Below are positions 1 to 6,917 of a stretch of 35,699 nucleotides of DNA, piece by piece. The translations under genes were made by a program, and so were the position numbers. Source of the stretch: Chromatiaceae bacterium (lineage in GTDB: Bacteria; Pseudomonadota; Gammaproteobacteria; Chromatiales; Chromatiaceae); the NCBI GenBank assembly GCA_041736365.1, contig JBGSTR010000023.1:1-35699 (forward strand), in the 5' to 3' direction. Numbering within the stretch: position 1 is the stretch's first letter; each line of letters begins with the position of its first letter. The notes below the pieces were generated by a model. It ran no database searches, was not told the DNA's origin, and saw only the letters and a program-made list of their open reading frames with translations.

Positions 1-1
1 C

Positions 2-232
2 GCCGCGCTCTACGATCGGCTATGTCACACGTGCCACGCCGCTGGCGTTGCCGGAGCGCCGATGCTCGGCAACAAGGAGGCTTGGCAGTCGCGCATCGAT
101 CAAGGCATGGATGTGATTATGCACTCGGTGATCAACGGCAAGGGCGCCATGCCGCCGCGCGGCACTTGCGCCGAATGCTCGGACGACGATCTGCGGGCCG
201 CGGTGCAGTATATGATCTCGAAGGTTCAGTAG
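2..232 (+). CDS. cytochrome c5-family mono-haem c-type cytochrome, C-terminal 76 aa (5' end lies outside the window)
   Basis: Frame is open from the window edge, so it is missing from the ORF track. Translation: AALYDRLCHTCHAAGVAGAPMLGNKEAWQSRIDQGMDVIMHSVINGKGAMPPRGTCAECSDDDLRAAVQYMISKVQ*. It has a CxxCH haem motif (CHTCH), an NGxxAMPP Met-ligand region and the C-x2-C pair (TCAEC) typical of cytochrome c5. Stop TAG at 230-232. Confidence 0.85.
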   Translation, partial: AALYDRLCHTCHAAGVAGAPMLGNKEAWQSRIDQGMDVIMHSVINGKGAMPPRGTCAECSDDDLRAAVQYMISKVQ

Positions 233-312
233 GGACATTCTCGCCACGCGCGCCACTGCACGCGGATGTGGTTGTGGCGCACCGACCCCAAGGGGTGGTC
301 AGCGGCTTCGCG

Positions 313-2319
313 CTAGCCCCCGCCGAGAAGCGACTTCAGACTTGCCAGATGTGCCGCGCCGCGGGTCTTGGTTTCCTCCGACGCCGGCGCTCGCGGTCCC
401 TCCCAGCTCAACGCATCGCTGGGTAGCTCCCCAAGGAATCGGCTCGGCTCGCACTGCACGAGCTCACCGAAACGTTTGCGCCGGCTGGCATAGGTGAAGG
501 TGAGCGCGCGCTGGGCCCGGGTGATGCCCACGTAGGCGAGCCGGCGTTCCTCCTCGATCGCGTCCGTCTCGATACTGGCTCGATGCGGCAGTAGCTCTTC
601 TTCCATGCCCACCAGAAAGACGTAGGGGAACTCGAGGCCCTTGGCGGCGTGTAGGGTCATCAGATGGACCCGATCGCCCCCGGCGGCTTCGTCGCGGCGT
701 TCCAGCACGTCCATTAGGGTCAGATGGTTGACCATCTCCGCCAGCGTCTTCTCCTGGAGCTCGCCCTTGTTCAACGCGCTCAGCCATTCGAGCAGCTCGT
801 TCACGTTCTCCATACGGCGGTCGGCCACCGGCTGACTCGATGCGTTCTCGCGCAGCCACGCCGGGTAGTCGAGTGCGTCGACCAGGCCGCGCACGGCGGC
901 AACCGGCTCTCGCTCGGCGCGGCGATTGAAGCCCTCGATCAGGGTCGCAAACTCGGTGAGTCGCTCGCGCTGGCGCTCCCCGAGATGCTGGGATAAGCCG
1001 AGCTCGGTGCAGGCGCAATAGAGACTGACCGTCCGCGCCCGGGCGTAGCTCGCCAGTCCCTCCAGCGTCCCCGGACCGATTTCGCGACGCGGGGTGTTGA
1101 CGATGCGCAGGAAGGCCGCATCGTCGTCCGGATTCGCAAGCAGGCGCAGGTAGGCCATCACGTCCTTGACCTCCGCGCGCGAGAAGAACGAGTCCCCGCC
1201 GCTGATGAAGTAGGGGATCCGGTGCTCCCGAAGTGCCTTCTCGAACGGGCGTGACTGGTGATTGCCGCGATACAGGATCGCCATCTCGCCAAATTCGGCC
1301 GCGGCGGTAAAACGCTGGTGCAGGATCTCGGAGACCACGCGCTCGGCCTCGTGGGCCTCGTCGCGACACTGGATCACGCGCGGCGGATCGCCCGGCCCGA
1401 GCTCGCTCCACAGGCGCTTGCTGAAGGCGTGCGGGTTGTGGGCGATCAGCGCGTTGGCGAGTCCGAGGATGCGCGCGCTGGAGCGATAGTTCTGCTCCAA
1501 CATGATGACCTTTAGGGTCGGATAATCCTCTTTCAGCGTGGTCAGGTTCTCGGGCCGCGCGCCGCGCCAGGCATAGATGGACTGATCGTCGTCGCCGACC
1601 ACGGTGAAGGCCCCGCGCGGCCCCGCGAGCCGCCGCACCAGCTCGTACTGGGCCCCGTTGGTATCCTGGTACTCGTCCACCAGCAGATATCGGATGCGCG
1701 ACTGCCAGTGTTCGAGCGCCTCCGGGCTGGCGCGCAGAAGACGCACCGGACCCGCGATCAGGTCGTCGAAGTCCACCGCGTTGTACGCGCGCAGGCTGCG
1801 CTCATACTCTCCGTAAAGCTCGGCGATCTCGGCCTCGAACTCGTCCTCGGCTCGGCCGCGCGCCTGATCCGGCTCGATCAGGTCGTTCTTCCAGCGTGAG
1901 ATCCGCGCCTGAAAGCCGGCGGCCCCGAGCGTTTCCGCACCGGGCCGACCGCGCAGGTGTTCTTTGATCAGCGACTCCGAGTCCCTGGCATCGAGCAGTG
2001 AGAAGCCCGTGCGCAGACCGGCGCGCGCGGGTTCCTGGCGCAGGATGTTTAGCCCTAGGGTATGGAAGGTGGAGATGCGCAGGCCGCGGGTATCCAGGCC
2101 TTTGATCTGATGGGCGACGCGCTCGCGCATCTCGCGCGCGGCCTTGTTGGTGAATGTGACGGCGCAGATCTGTCCCGGACGGATCCCGAGCACACTGATC
2201 AGGTGGGCGATCTTCCGGGTGATAACGCGCGTCTTGCCCGACCCGGCCCCGGCGAGGACCAGTAGCGGTCCGGCGGTGTAGCGCACCGCCTCGAGCTGCC
2301 TGGGATTGAGTCCCTTCAT
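313..2319 (-). CDS. rep: ATP-dependent DNA helicase Rep (UvrD/Rep superfamily 1)
   Basis: 690-aa track ORF. N-terminus MKGLNPRQLEAVRYTAGPLLVLAGAGSGKTRVITRKIAHLI...AVTFTNKAAREM matches Rep (Walker A GSGKT, motif Ia TFTNKAA, DEYQDT, later helicase motifs). Start moved to ATG 2319 (MKGLNP) by analogy with E. coli Rep MRLNPGQQ; upstream in-frame ATGs at 2343 and 2385 remain possible. Confidence 0.93.
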   Translation of the reverse strand: MKGLNPRQLEAVRYTAGPLLVLAGAGSGKTRVITRKIAHLISVLGIRPGQICAVTFTNKAAREMRERVAHQIKGLDTRGLRISTFHTLGLNILRQEPARAGLRTGFSLLDARDSESLIKEHLRGRPGAETLGAAGFQARISRWKNDLIEPDQARGRAEDEFEAEIAELYGEYERSLRAYNAVDFDDLIAGPVRLLRASPEALEHWQSRIRYLLVDEYQDTNGAQYELVRRLAGPRGAFTVVGDDDQSIYAWRGARPENLTTLKEDYPTLKVIMLEQNYRSSARILGLANALIAHNPHAFSKRLWSELGPGDPPRVIQCRDEAHEAERVVSEILHQRFTAAAEFGEMAILYRGNHQSRPFEKALREHRIPYFISGGDSFFSRAEVKDVMAYLRLLANPDDDAAFLRIVNTPRREIGPGTLEGLASYARARTVSLYCACTELGLSQHLGERQRERLTEFATLIEGFNRRAEREPVAAVRGLVDALDYPAWLRENASSQPVADRRMENVNELLEWLSALNKGELQEKTLAEMVNHLTLMDVLERRDEAAGGDRVHLMTLHAAKGLEFPYVFLVGMEEELLPHRASIETDAIEEERRLAYVGITRAQRALTFTYASRRKRFGELVQCEPSRFLGELPSDALSWEGPRAPASEETKTRGAAHLASLKSLLGGG

Positions 2320-2483
2320 GGTTCTCGTCGCCGAGTTGTGCATCGCGGGGAGAGGGGCGGGCATTATGCCCGAAGCTAGGGGCATGGGCGATTGGGCCGC
2401 TCCAAGCGCCTCGTCGGGGCGAGCAATCGGGGCGCTTTCGTACTACCATGCCGCGAACTGTGACGCGCGATGCTGAGGTTGCG

Positions 2484-2834
2484 ATGAAGGCTAAATGGTT
2501 GGCGCTCTCTCTGGTGCTGCTGGCTGTACCCGTCGGGGCGCAGGAAGAAGCGCCGCCGGATACCGCTGGTGCTTCCGCGCTGCCGACGCCGCCGCTGGTG
2601 CAGTCGCCGGTCACGGGCGAGGCGGTGGAGCCCGACATCACCATCCAGGAAAAGGGCGGTGAGTTGATCTACGAGTATCGGGTTCGCGGTAAGCTCTACA
2701 TGGTTCGAATTCAGCCTCAATTCGGACCCCCGTATTACCTGCTCGACTTGAACGGCGACGGGTTGATGGATGTCCGCAGGGATCCTCCCAACGACCAGTC
2801 CGTGCAGCAATGGGTGTTGTTCAGCTGGGACTGA
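2484..2834 (+). CDS. secreted DUF2782-like protein
   Basis: Signal peptide MKAKWLALSLVLLAVPVGAQEE, followed by ITIQEKGGELIYEYRVRGKLYMVRIQPQFGPPYYLLDLNGDG, which resembles the DUF2782 family. Start set at ATG 2484 rather than the track start 2448. Confidence 0.65.
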   Translation: MKAKWLALSLVLLAVPVGAQEEAPPDTAGASALPTPPLVQSPVTGEAVEPDITIQEKGGELIYEYRVRGKLYMVRIQPQFGPPYYLLDLNGDGLMDVRRDPPNDQSVQQWVLFSWD

Positions 2835-2931
2835 CGCGCGCGCGGGGTCAATCGGCCGCGGGCCCCTCAGTCGTGCTCGGCGGACGTTTCGCCGCATGCG
2901 CGCCGCGCACCGGTGGGCTCGGTTCCCGGCG

Positions 2932-3495
2932 ATGAGCACGGATCCGGATCCTCCACTCGGCCACTCGATCAACCCGGCGATTCGCGCGATCGACGCCCTG
3001 ATTCGCAGGCTCGGCGAGGCCATCTCCTGGCTGTCGGGCGCGATGGTGATCGTGACCTTCGCCGTCGTCGTGCTGCGGTATGCCTTCGACATCGGCTGGA
3101 TCGCCCTTCAGGAGACGGTGATCTACCTGCATGCCACCCTGTTCATGCTCGGCATTGCCTATACGCTGGGCCGGGATGGGCATGTGCGGGTCGATATCTT
3201 CTATCAGCGCATGTCGGCCCGGGGTAGGGCGTGGGTCGATCTGCTGGGCACCCTGCTGCTCCTGGTGCCGGTGTGCACGCTGATCTTCTGGCTCGGCTGG
3301 GATTACGTGAGTGAATCCTGGCTGGTGCGGGAGGGCTCTCGCGAGGCGGGCGGCATCCCCGGGGTCTATCTGCTCAAGTCGTTGATCCTTATCATGCCGA
3401 CTCTGTTGTTGCTGCAGGGTCTCGCGATGGCGGCACGCGCCGCCTTGTTCCTGGCCGGCCGTCGGGCCACCGCCGGCGTGGACGCCGATGGCTGA
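2932..3495 (+). CDS. TRAP transporter small permease subunit (DctQ-like)
   Basis: About 187 aa with four hydrophobic helices (WLSGAMVIVTFAVVVLRY..., IYLHATLFMLGIAYTL..., LLGTLLLLVPVC..., LKSLILIMPTLLLLQGL). Its stop overlaps the start of the large permease (ATGGCTGA). Start chosen at ATG 2932 (MSTDPD), because the longer track ORF overlaps the DUF2782 gene. Confidence 0.8.
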   Translation: MSTDPDPPLGHSINPAIRAIDALIRRLGEAISWLSGAMVIVTFAVVVLRYAFDIGWIALQETVIYLHATLFMLGIAYTLGRDGHVRVDIFYQRMSARGRAWVDLLGTLLLLVPVCTLIFWLGWDYVSESWLVREGSREAGGIPGVYLLKSLILIMPTLLLLQGLAMAARAALFLAGRRATAGVDADG

Positions 3496-4870
3496 GCTAA
3501 TGCCCCTGTTGTTGTTCCTCGCCGTGGGCGCGGTGCTGCTGCTAGGCTACCCGGTCGCCTTGTCCTTGGGCGGGACCGCCCTGGCGTTCGCGTTCGCCGG
3601 CGAGTGGCTCGGGTTGTTCGATGGGGCCTTCCTGCAGGCGCTGCCGAACCGGCTCTATGGGGTCATGACCAACGAGACGTTGATTGCCGTGCCCTTGTTC
3701 GTGTTCATGGGGGTGACCCTGGAGCGCTCAAGGGTCGCGGAGAGTCTGCTGGAGACCATGGCAGCGCTGTTCGGTCCGCTGCGCGGCGGACTCGGGATCT
3801 CGGTGACCCTGGTGGGTATGATGCTGGCGGCAAGCACAGGTATCGTTGGGGCCACTGTCGTGACCATGGGCCTGCTCTCCCTGCCGACGATGCTGCGCCG
3901 CAACTATGATCCGAGTATCGCGGCCGGCACCATTTGCGCGTCGGGGACCCTGGGGCAGATCATTCCGCCCTCGATCGTGCTGGTGCTCTTGGGCGACGTG
4001 CTTTCCTCGGCGTATCAACAGGCCCAGTTGGACATGGGCGTGTTCTCCCCGGAGCCGATTTCGGTCGGCGACCTGTTCGTTGGCGCGCTGCTCCCCGGGC
4101 TGATGCTGGTGGCGCTGTATATCGGCTACCTGATCGGCGTGGCCTGGCTGCGACCGGCGGCGATGCCGGCGCTCCCGGTGGAGGAACGGCCGGTCAGCCG
4201 CACCGCCCTGCTGCGTCAGGTGGTCGCGGTGCTGGTACCGCCGTTCTTTCTCATCGTTGCGGTGCTGGGATCGATTCTCGGCGGGCTGGCGACCCCGACC
4301 GAGGCGGCATCGGTGGGTGCCGTGGGCGCCCTGATCCTCGCCGCCGTGCGACGTCAGCTAAGCCTCGCTACGCTGCGCGAGGTCGTCCGGCAGACCACGA
4401 TGGTTACCAGTATGGTGTTTCTGATCTTCGTCGGCGCCGCGATCTTTTCGCTAGTGTTCCGGGGGTTCGAAGGCGACGAGCTGGTCGCCGAGGTGTTGAC
4501 GGGTCTGCCCGGCGGCACCGTCGGTGCGGTCGCGCTGGTGATGCTGGTGATGTTCCTGCTCGGGTTCATCCTCGACTTTATCGAGATCACCTTCGTGGTG
4601 GTCCCGATCGTAGGTCCGGTCCTGTTGGCAATGGGTCTCGACCCGATTTGGCTCGGGGTGATGATCGCGATCAACCTGCAGACCTCGTTCCTTACCCCGC
4701 CGTTCGGGTTCTCGCTGTTTTACCTGCGCGGTGTGGCGCCGGCGGAGGTGACGACCGGGCAGATCTATCGCGGTGTCGTGCCCTTCATCCTGATACAGCT
4801 CGGCATGCTCGGCCTGCTGGCGCTGTGGCCGTCGCTGGCGACCTGGCTGCCGGCTACCGTTTATCGCTGA
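3488..4870 (+). CDS. TRAP transporter large permease subunit (DctM-like)
   Basis: 460-aa polytopic membrane protein translationally coupled to the DctQ-like gene, with typical DctM length and hydrophobic pattern (…GTLGQIIPPSIVLVLLG…, …NLQTSFLTPPFGFSLFYL…). Confidence 0.9.
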   Translation: MAELMPLLLFLAVGAVLLLGYPVALSLGGTALAFAFAGEWLGLFDGAFLQALPNRLYGVMTNETLIAVPLFVFMGVTLERSRVAESLLETMAALFGPLRGGLGISVTLVGMMLAASTGIVGATVVTMGLLSLPTMLRRNYDPSIAAGTICASGTLGQIIPPSIVLVLLGDVLSSAYQQAQLDMGVFSPEPISVGDLFVGALLPGLMLVALYIGYLIGVAWLRPAAMPALPVEERPVSRTALLRQVVAVLVPPFFLIVAVLGSILGGLATPTEAASVGAVGALILAAVRRQLSLATLREVVRQTTMVTSMVFLIFVGAAIFSLVFRGFEGDELVAEVLTGLPGGTVGAVALVMLVMFLLGFILDFIEITFVVVPIVGPVLLAMGLDPIWLGVMIAINLQTSFLTPPFGFSLFYLRGVAPAEVTTGQIYRGVVPFILIQLGMLGLLALWPSLATWLPATVYR

Positions 4871-4928
4871 TCTTAGGGTGGGAACGGGGGCGGGGGGCGA
4901 GCGTGGCTGGAGGCGCGGCCGCGGAGGG

Positions 4929-5285
4929 TCAAAGGCCGCCGGAATACCCGTCCTGCGCGCCGATCCGGTGATTGCGCAAGTGCGGACCGGGCTCGCGGGC
5001 TGGCAAGCCATCGGCGAGCGCGGGTTGTGGGTCGCAGAACATGACGCCGACTCCGGAGCCGTCGCGATGCACGACGATCGCGGGAATCAACCAGCTTCGA
5101 CCGCTGCTCTCGAGCTCGAGGTCGACCAGGGTCCCGCAGGGCAGGGTCAGATTGCGCACCTCGAGGTACATGCCCTCGATGGATAGATTGCGTCCCTGGG
5201 CGCCGATGAAGCGTCGCCGCCGGTACCGAATCTGTACCGGGACGTCCGCCGGGTGCCTGGCGCAAGCGCGTCGTTCGCTGTTCAT
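4929..5285 (-). CDS. PilZ-domain protein (putative c-di-GMP binding)
   Basis: 118 aa. RxxxR-type Arg cluster (IRYRRRRF) followed about 20 aa later by N-L-S-x-x-G (GRNLSIEGMY), the two PilZ signature motifs. AGAGGA lies 12 nt upstream of the ATG. Confidence 0.72.
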   Translation of the reverse strand: MNSERRACARHPADVPVQIRYRRRRFIGAQGRNLSIEGMYLEVRNLTLPCGTLVDLELESSGRSWLIPAIVVHRDGSGVGVMFCDPQPALADGLPAREPGPHLRNHRIGAQDGYSGGL

Positions 5286-5329
5286 TTCAGTTGGTCCTCT
5301 ATCGTTTTTCTTATGTGGTGCAGCAAATT

Positions 5330-5357
5330 ACCATAAAATGCTGACAGCATAGTTCAA
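5330..5357 (-). promoter_or_regulatory. candidate sigma70 promoter of the PilZ gene with a palindrome in the spacer
   Basis: Minus strand reads TTGAAC-16 nt-TATGGT about 50 nt upstream of the ATG. The spacer holds the perfect 13-nt palindrome ATGCTGTCAGCAT (plus-strand 5338-5350). By-eye match only. Confidence 0.3.
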
Positions 5358-5384
5358 ATTGGGTGACGCCGCGATTACGTTTTC

Positions 5385-5548
5385 TTTAGGGAAACGCTGA
5401 TTAAAAGCGTTTCCCGTCCGGGGCAGGGATGGCCCGGCATTTTCAAGCATGTTGAGGGCTTGAAAATGGAGCGATCCGGGAGTCGCGCCTCTCGGACCGC
5501 GAGCTGATCAAATGCCACGACGGCATTTAATCAGCGTTTCGTAAGGGG
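5385..5548 (+). repeat. structured ~165-bp intergenic repeat, copy 1 (MITE/REP-like, multi-hairpin)
   Basis: Shares architecture and long identical blocks with 15732-15892, 17147-17310 and 26118-26217. Hairpins: GGGAAACGCT/AGCGTTTCCC, CCGGG..CCCGG, CATTTTCAAGC/GCTTGAAAATG, TCCGGGAG/CTCTCGGA, CTGATCAAATGCC/GGCATTTAATCAG. The ends form an inverted repeat GAAACGCTGATTAAA / TTTAATCAGCGTTTC. Confidence 0.85.
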
Positions 5549-5716
5549 TCTCCGGCGGATTGAATTCCATTGCGGGTCAGGCTCGCCCGCCGGCTCCGGT
5601 TGCCGGTTAACTGGAAATCGACCCATCCGAAACCCGCGACTCGTGTCGCGCGCAGTCCAAGCTCCCGGCTTTCGGGTGATCTACGTCTCCGAGATGGACT
5701 GACCGAGGGCGCCTCG

Positions 5717-6502
5717 ATGTCACCGAATCGCTTCCCCCTGTTCGATAGCCACCTCCATATCATCGACCCGTCGTTCCCGTTGGTGGCCAACGACGGCTAC
5801 CTGCCGGATTCGTTTCTCGCGGCCGACTATCAGTGCGCCGTCGCCGGGTGGGAAGTCCTTGGCGGCGCGGTGGTATCCGGGTCCTTTCAGGGCTGCGACA
5901 GCACCTATCTCGCCGCAGCGCTGGCGGCGCTCGGTCCCGGGTTCGTTGGCGTCGTCCAGCTTCCGGCCGGCGTGAGCGACGACGAGATCCGGCGACTGGA
6001 TGCGCTCGGCGTGCGCGCCGTTCGGTTCAATCTGCGACGTGGTGTGCATCCCGAGCTGGCGCACATCGACGCGCTGGCGCGCCGCGTGCGCGAGGTCGCA
6101 GGATGGCACGTGGAGCTGTACCTGGATGCGAACGAGATCCCAATCTACCGCTCGCTGATTAAGGGTCTGACGAAGATCGTGGTCGACCACTTGGGGCTCT
6201 CGCGCCGCGGTCTGTCGCACCTGTTGGCGCTCGTCGCCCGGGGAGCGATGGTGAAGGCGAGCGGCTTCGGGCGACTGGATTTCCCGGCTGCCGAAGCGCT
6301 GGGTGCCATCCACCGTGAGAACCCGGGCGCGCTGCTGTTCGGGACCGATTTGCCGGGCACGCGTTGTCCGCGTCCCTTCCGTGCGGGAGATATCGAGGTG
6401 ATCGCGGAGGCGCTGGGGGATGACGCGGCGTTGCGTCGTGTGCTCTACGAGAATGCCCTGGCGATCTACCGGCCAACCCTGCGCTCGGTGGGGCGCGCGT
6501 AG
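5717..6502 (+). CDS. metal-dependent amidohydrolase (Amidohydro_2 / TIM-barrel hydrolase family)
   Basis: MSPNRFPLFDSHLHIIDPSF... has the N-terminal D-x-H-x-H metal motif. Later VRFNLRRG, VVDHLG and LFGTDLPG blocks are typical of PF04909-type amidohydrolases. Start set at ATG 5717, because the track ORF start 5570 lies in repeat-adjacent non-coding sequence. Confidence 0.75.
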   Translation: MSPNRFPLFDSHLHIIDPSFPLVANDGYLPDSFLAADYQCAVAGWEVLGGAVVSGSFQGCDSTYLAAALAALGPGFVGVVQLPAGVSDDEIRRLDALGVRAVRFNLRRGVHPELAHIDALARRVREVAGWHVELYLDANEIPIYRSLIKGLTKIVVDHLGLSRRGLSHLLALVARGAMVKASGFGRLDFPAAEALGAIHRENPGALLFGTDLPGTRCPRPFRAGDIEVIAEALGDDAALRRVLYENALAIYRPTLRSVGRA

Positions 6503-6671
6503 GATGGGCCAAGCGCAGCGGGCCCGTCGCCGACGCGAATGATGGGCACGGCCTATCGGCCTTTGCCCATCCTACGGTTCTGCGTTGAGAGTGCGCTGGC
6601 GGTCTACCGGCAGGCCTGCGCTCGGTGGGGCGCGCGCAGGATGGGCCAAGCGCAGCGGGCCCATCGCCGAC
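6461..6671. repeat. 138-bp-period direct duplication carrying three REP-like palindromes
   Basis: 6461-6534 and 6599-6671 are about 93% identical (…CTACCGG…TGCGCTCGGTGGGGCGCGCG[T/C]AGGATGGGCCAAGCGCAGCGGGCCC[G/A]TCGCCGAC). Three hairpins of the form GATGGGC(N)GCCCATC lie at 6503-6528, 6541-6571 and 6640-6665, with a GTAGGATGGGC...GCCCATCCTAC motif. Copy A contains the last ~13 codons and the TAG stop of the amidohydrolase. Confidence 0.8.
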
Positions 6672-6674
6672 TCT

Positions 6675-6716
6675 AGAAAAAAGAAACCCCGAAGCCCTGG
6701 GGTGGGGGCTTCGGGG
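6675..6716 (-). terminator. rho-independent terminator (minus strand)
   Basis: Minus strand reads CCCCGAAGCCC-ccaccccA-GGGCTTCGGGG, an 11-bp GC-rich stem, followed by TTTCTTTTTTCT. It lies 200 nt downstream of the polA stop. Confidence 0.75.
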
Positions 6717-6802
6717 CAATCGCTTCCCCGGCGTTGGGGCTACCGGGAATCATGAGCCGCACGGAAGGGGGGATTTCGGCGGCTCCGAGCAGCGTTGTGC
6801 TC
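6676..6802 (-). ncRNA. candidate ~125-nt sRNA between polA and its terminator (prediction only)
   Basis: Bounded by the sigmaE-like promoter at 6809-6836 and the terminator at 6675-6716. It contains internal hairpins CCGAGC-acaacgct-GCTCGG and CCCC-aacgcc-GGGG and a C/U-rich single-stranded stretch AAAUCCCCCCUUCC. No credible ORF. The position matches spf/ErsA next to polA in other gammaproteobacteria. Confidence 0.35.
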
Positions 6803-6808
6803 GGTGAT

Positions 6809-6836
6809 TAAGACGTGCGGGCCGAACTTTAGTTCC
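6809..6836 (-). promoter_or_regulatory. candidate ECF sigmaE/AlgU-type promoter
   Basis: Minus strand reads GGAACTA-16 nt-TCTTA, compared with the consensus GGAACTT-N16-TCTGA/TCAAA. It lies in the polA 3' flank and points toward the terminator at 6675-6716. Confidence 0.4.
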
Positions 6837-6917
6837 CGGGTGGAATGCTCGGCGAGTGATCGCCGCGTGTTTTGTGAACCGGCTCGCACCACCAGGCGAA
6901 TTGCGGCGGATTGGACT

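Noticed and set aside
233-312. Possible terminator hairpin GCGCCAC…GTGGCGC between convergent cytochrome c5 and rep
   Set aside because: It has a 7-bp stem with a ~17-nt loop and no U-run on either strand. The evidence is too weak to annotate.
5466-5507. 13-codon mini-ORF (MERSGSRASRTAS*) conserved inside repeat copies 1, 2 ([13 protein letters not shown]) and 4
   Set aside because: There is no Shine-Dalgarno sequence. The 'conservation' coincides with hairpins H4/H5, where changes are compensatory at the nucleotide level, and the stop is lost in copy 3. RNA or DNA structure explains it better than coding.
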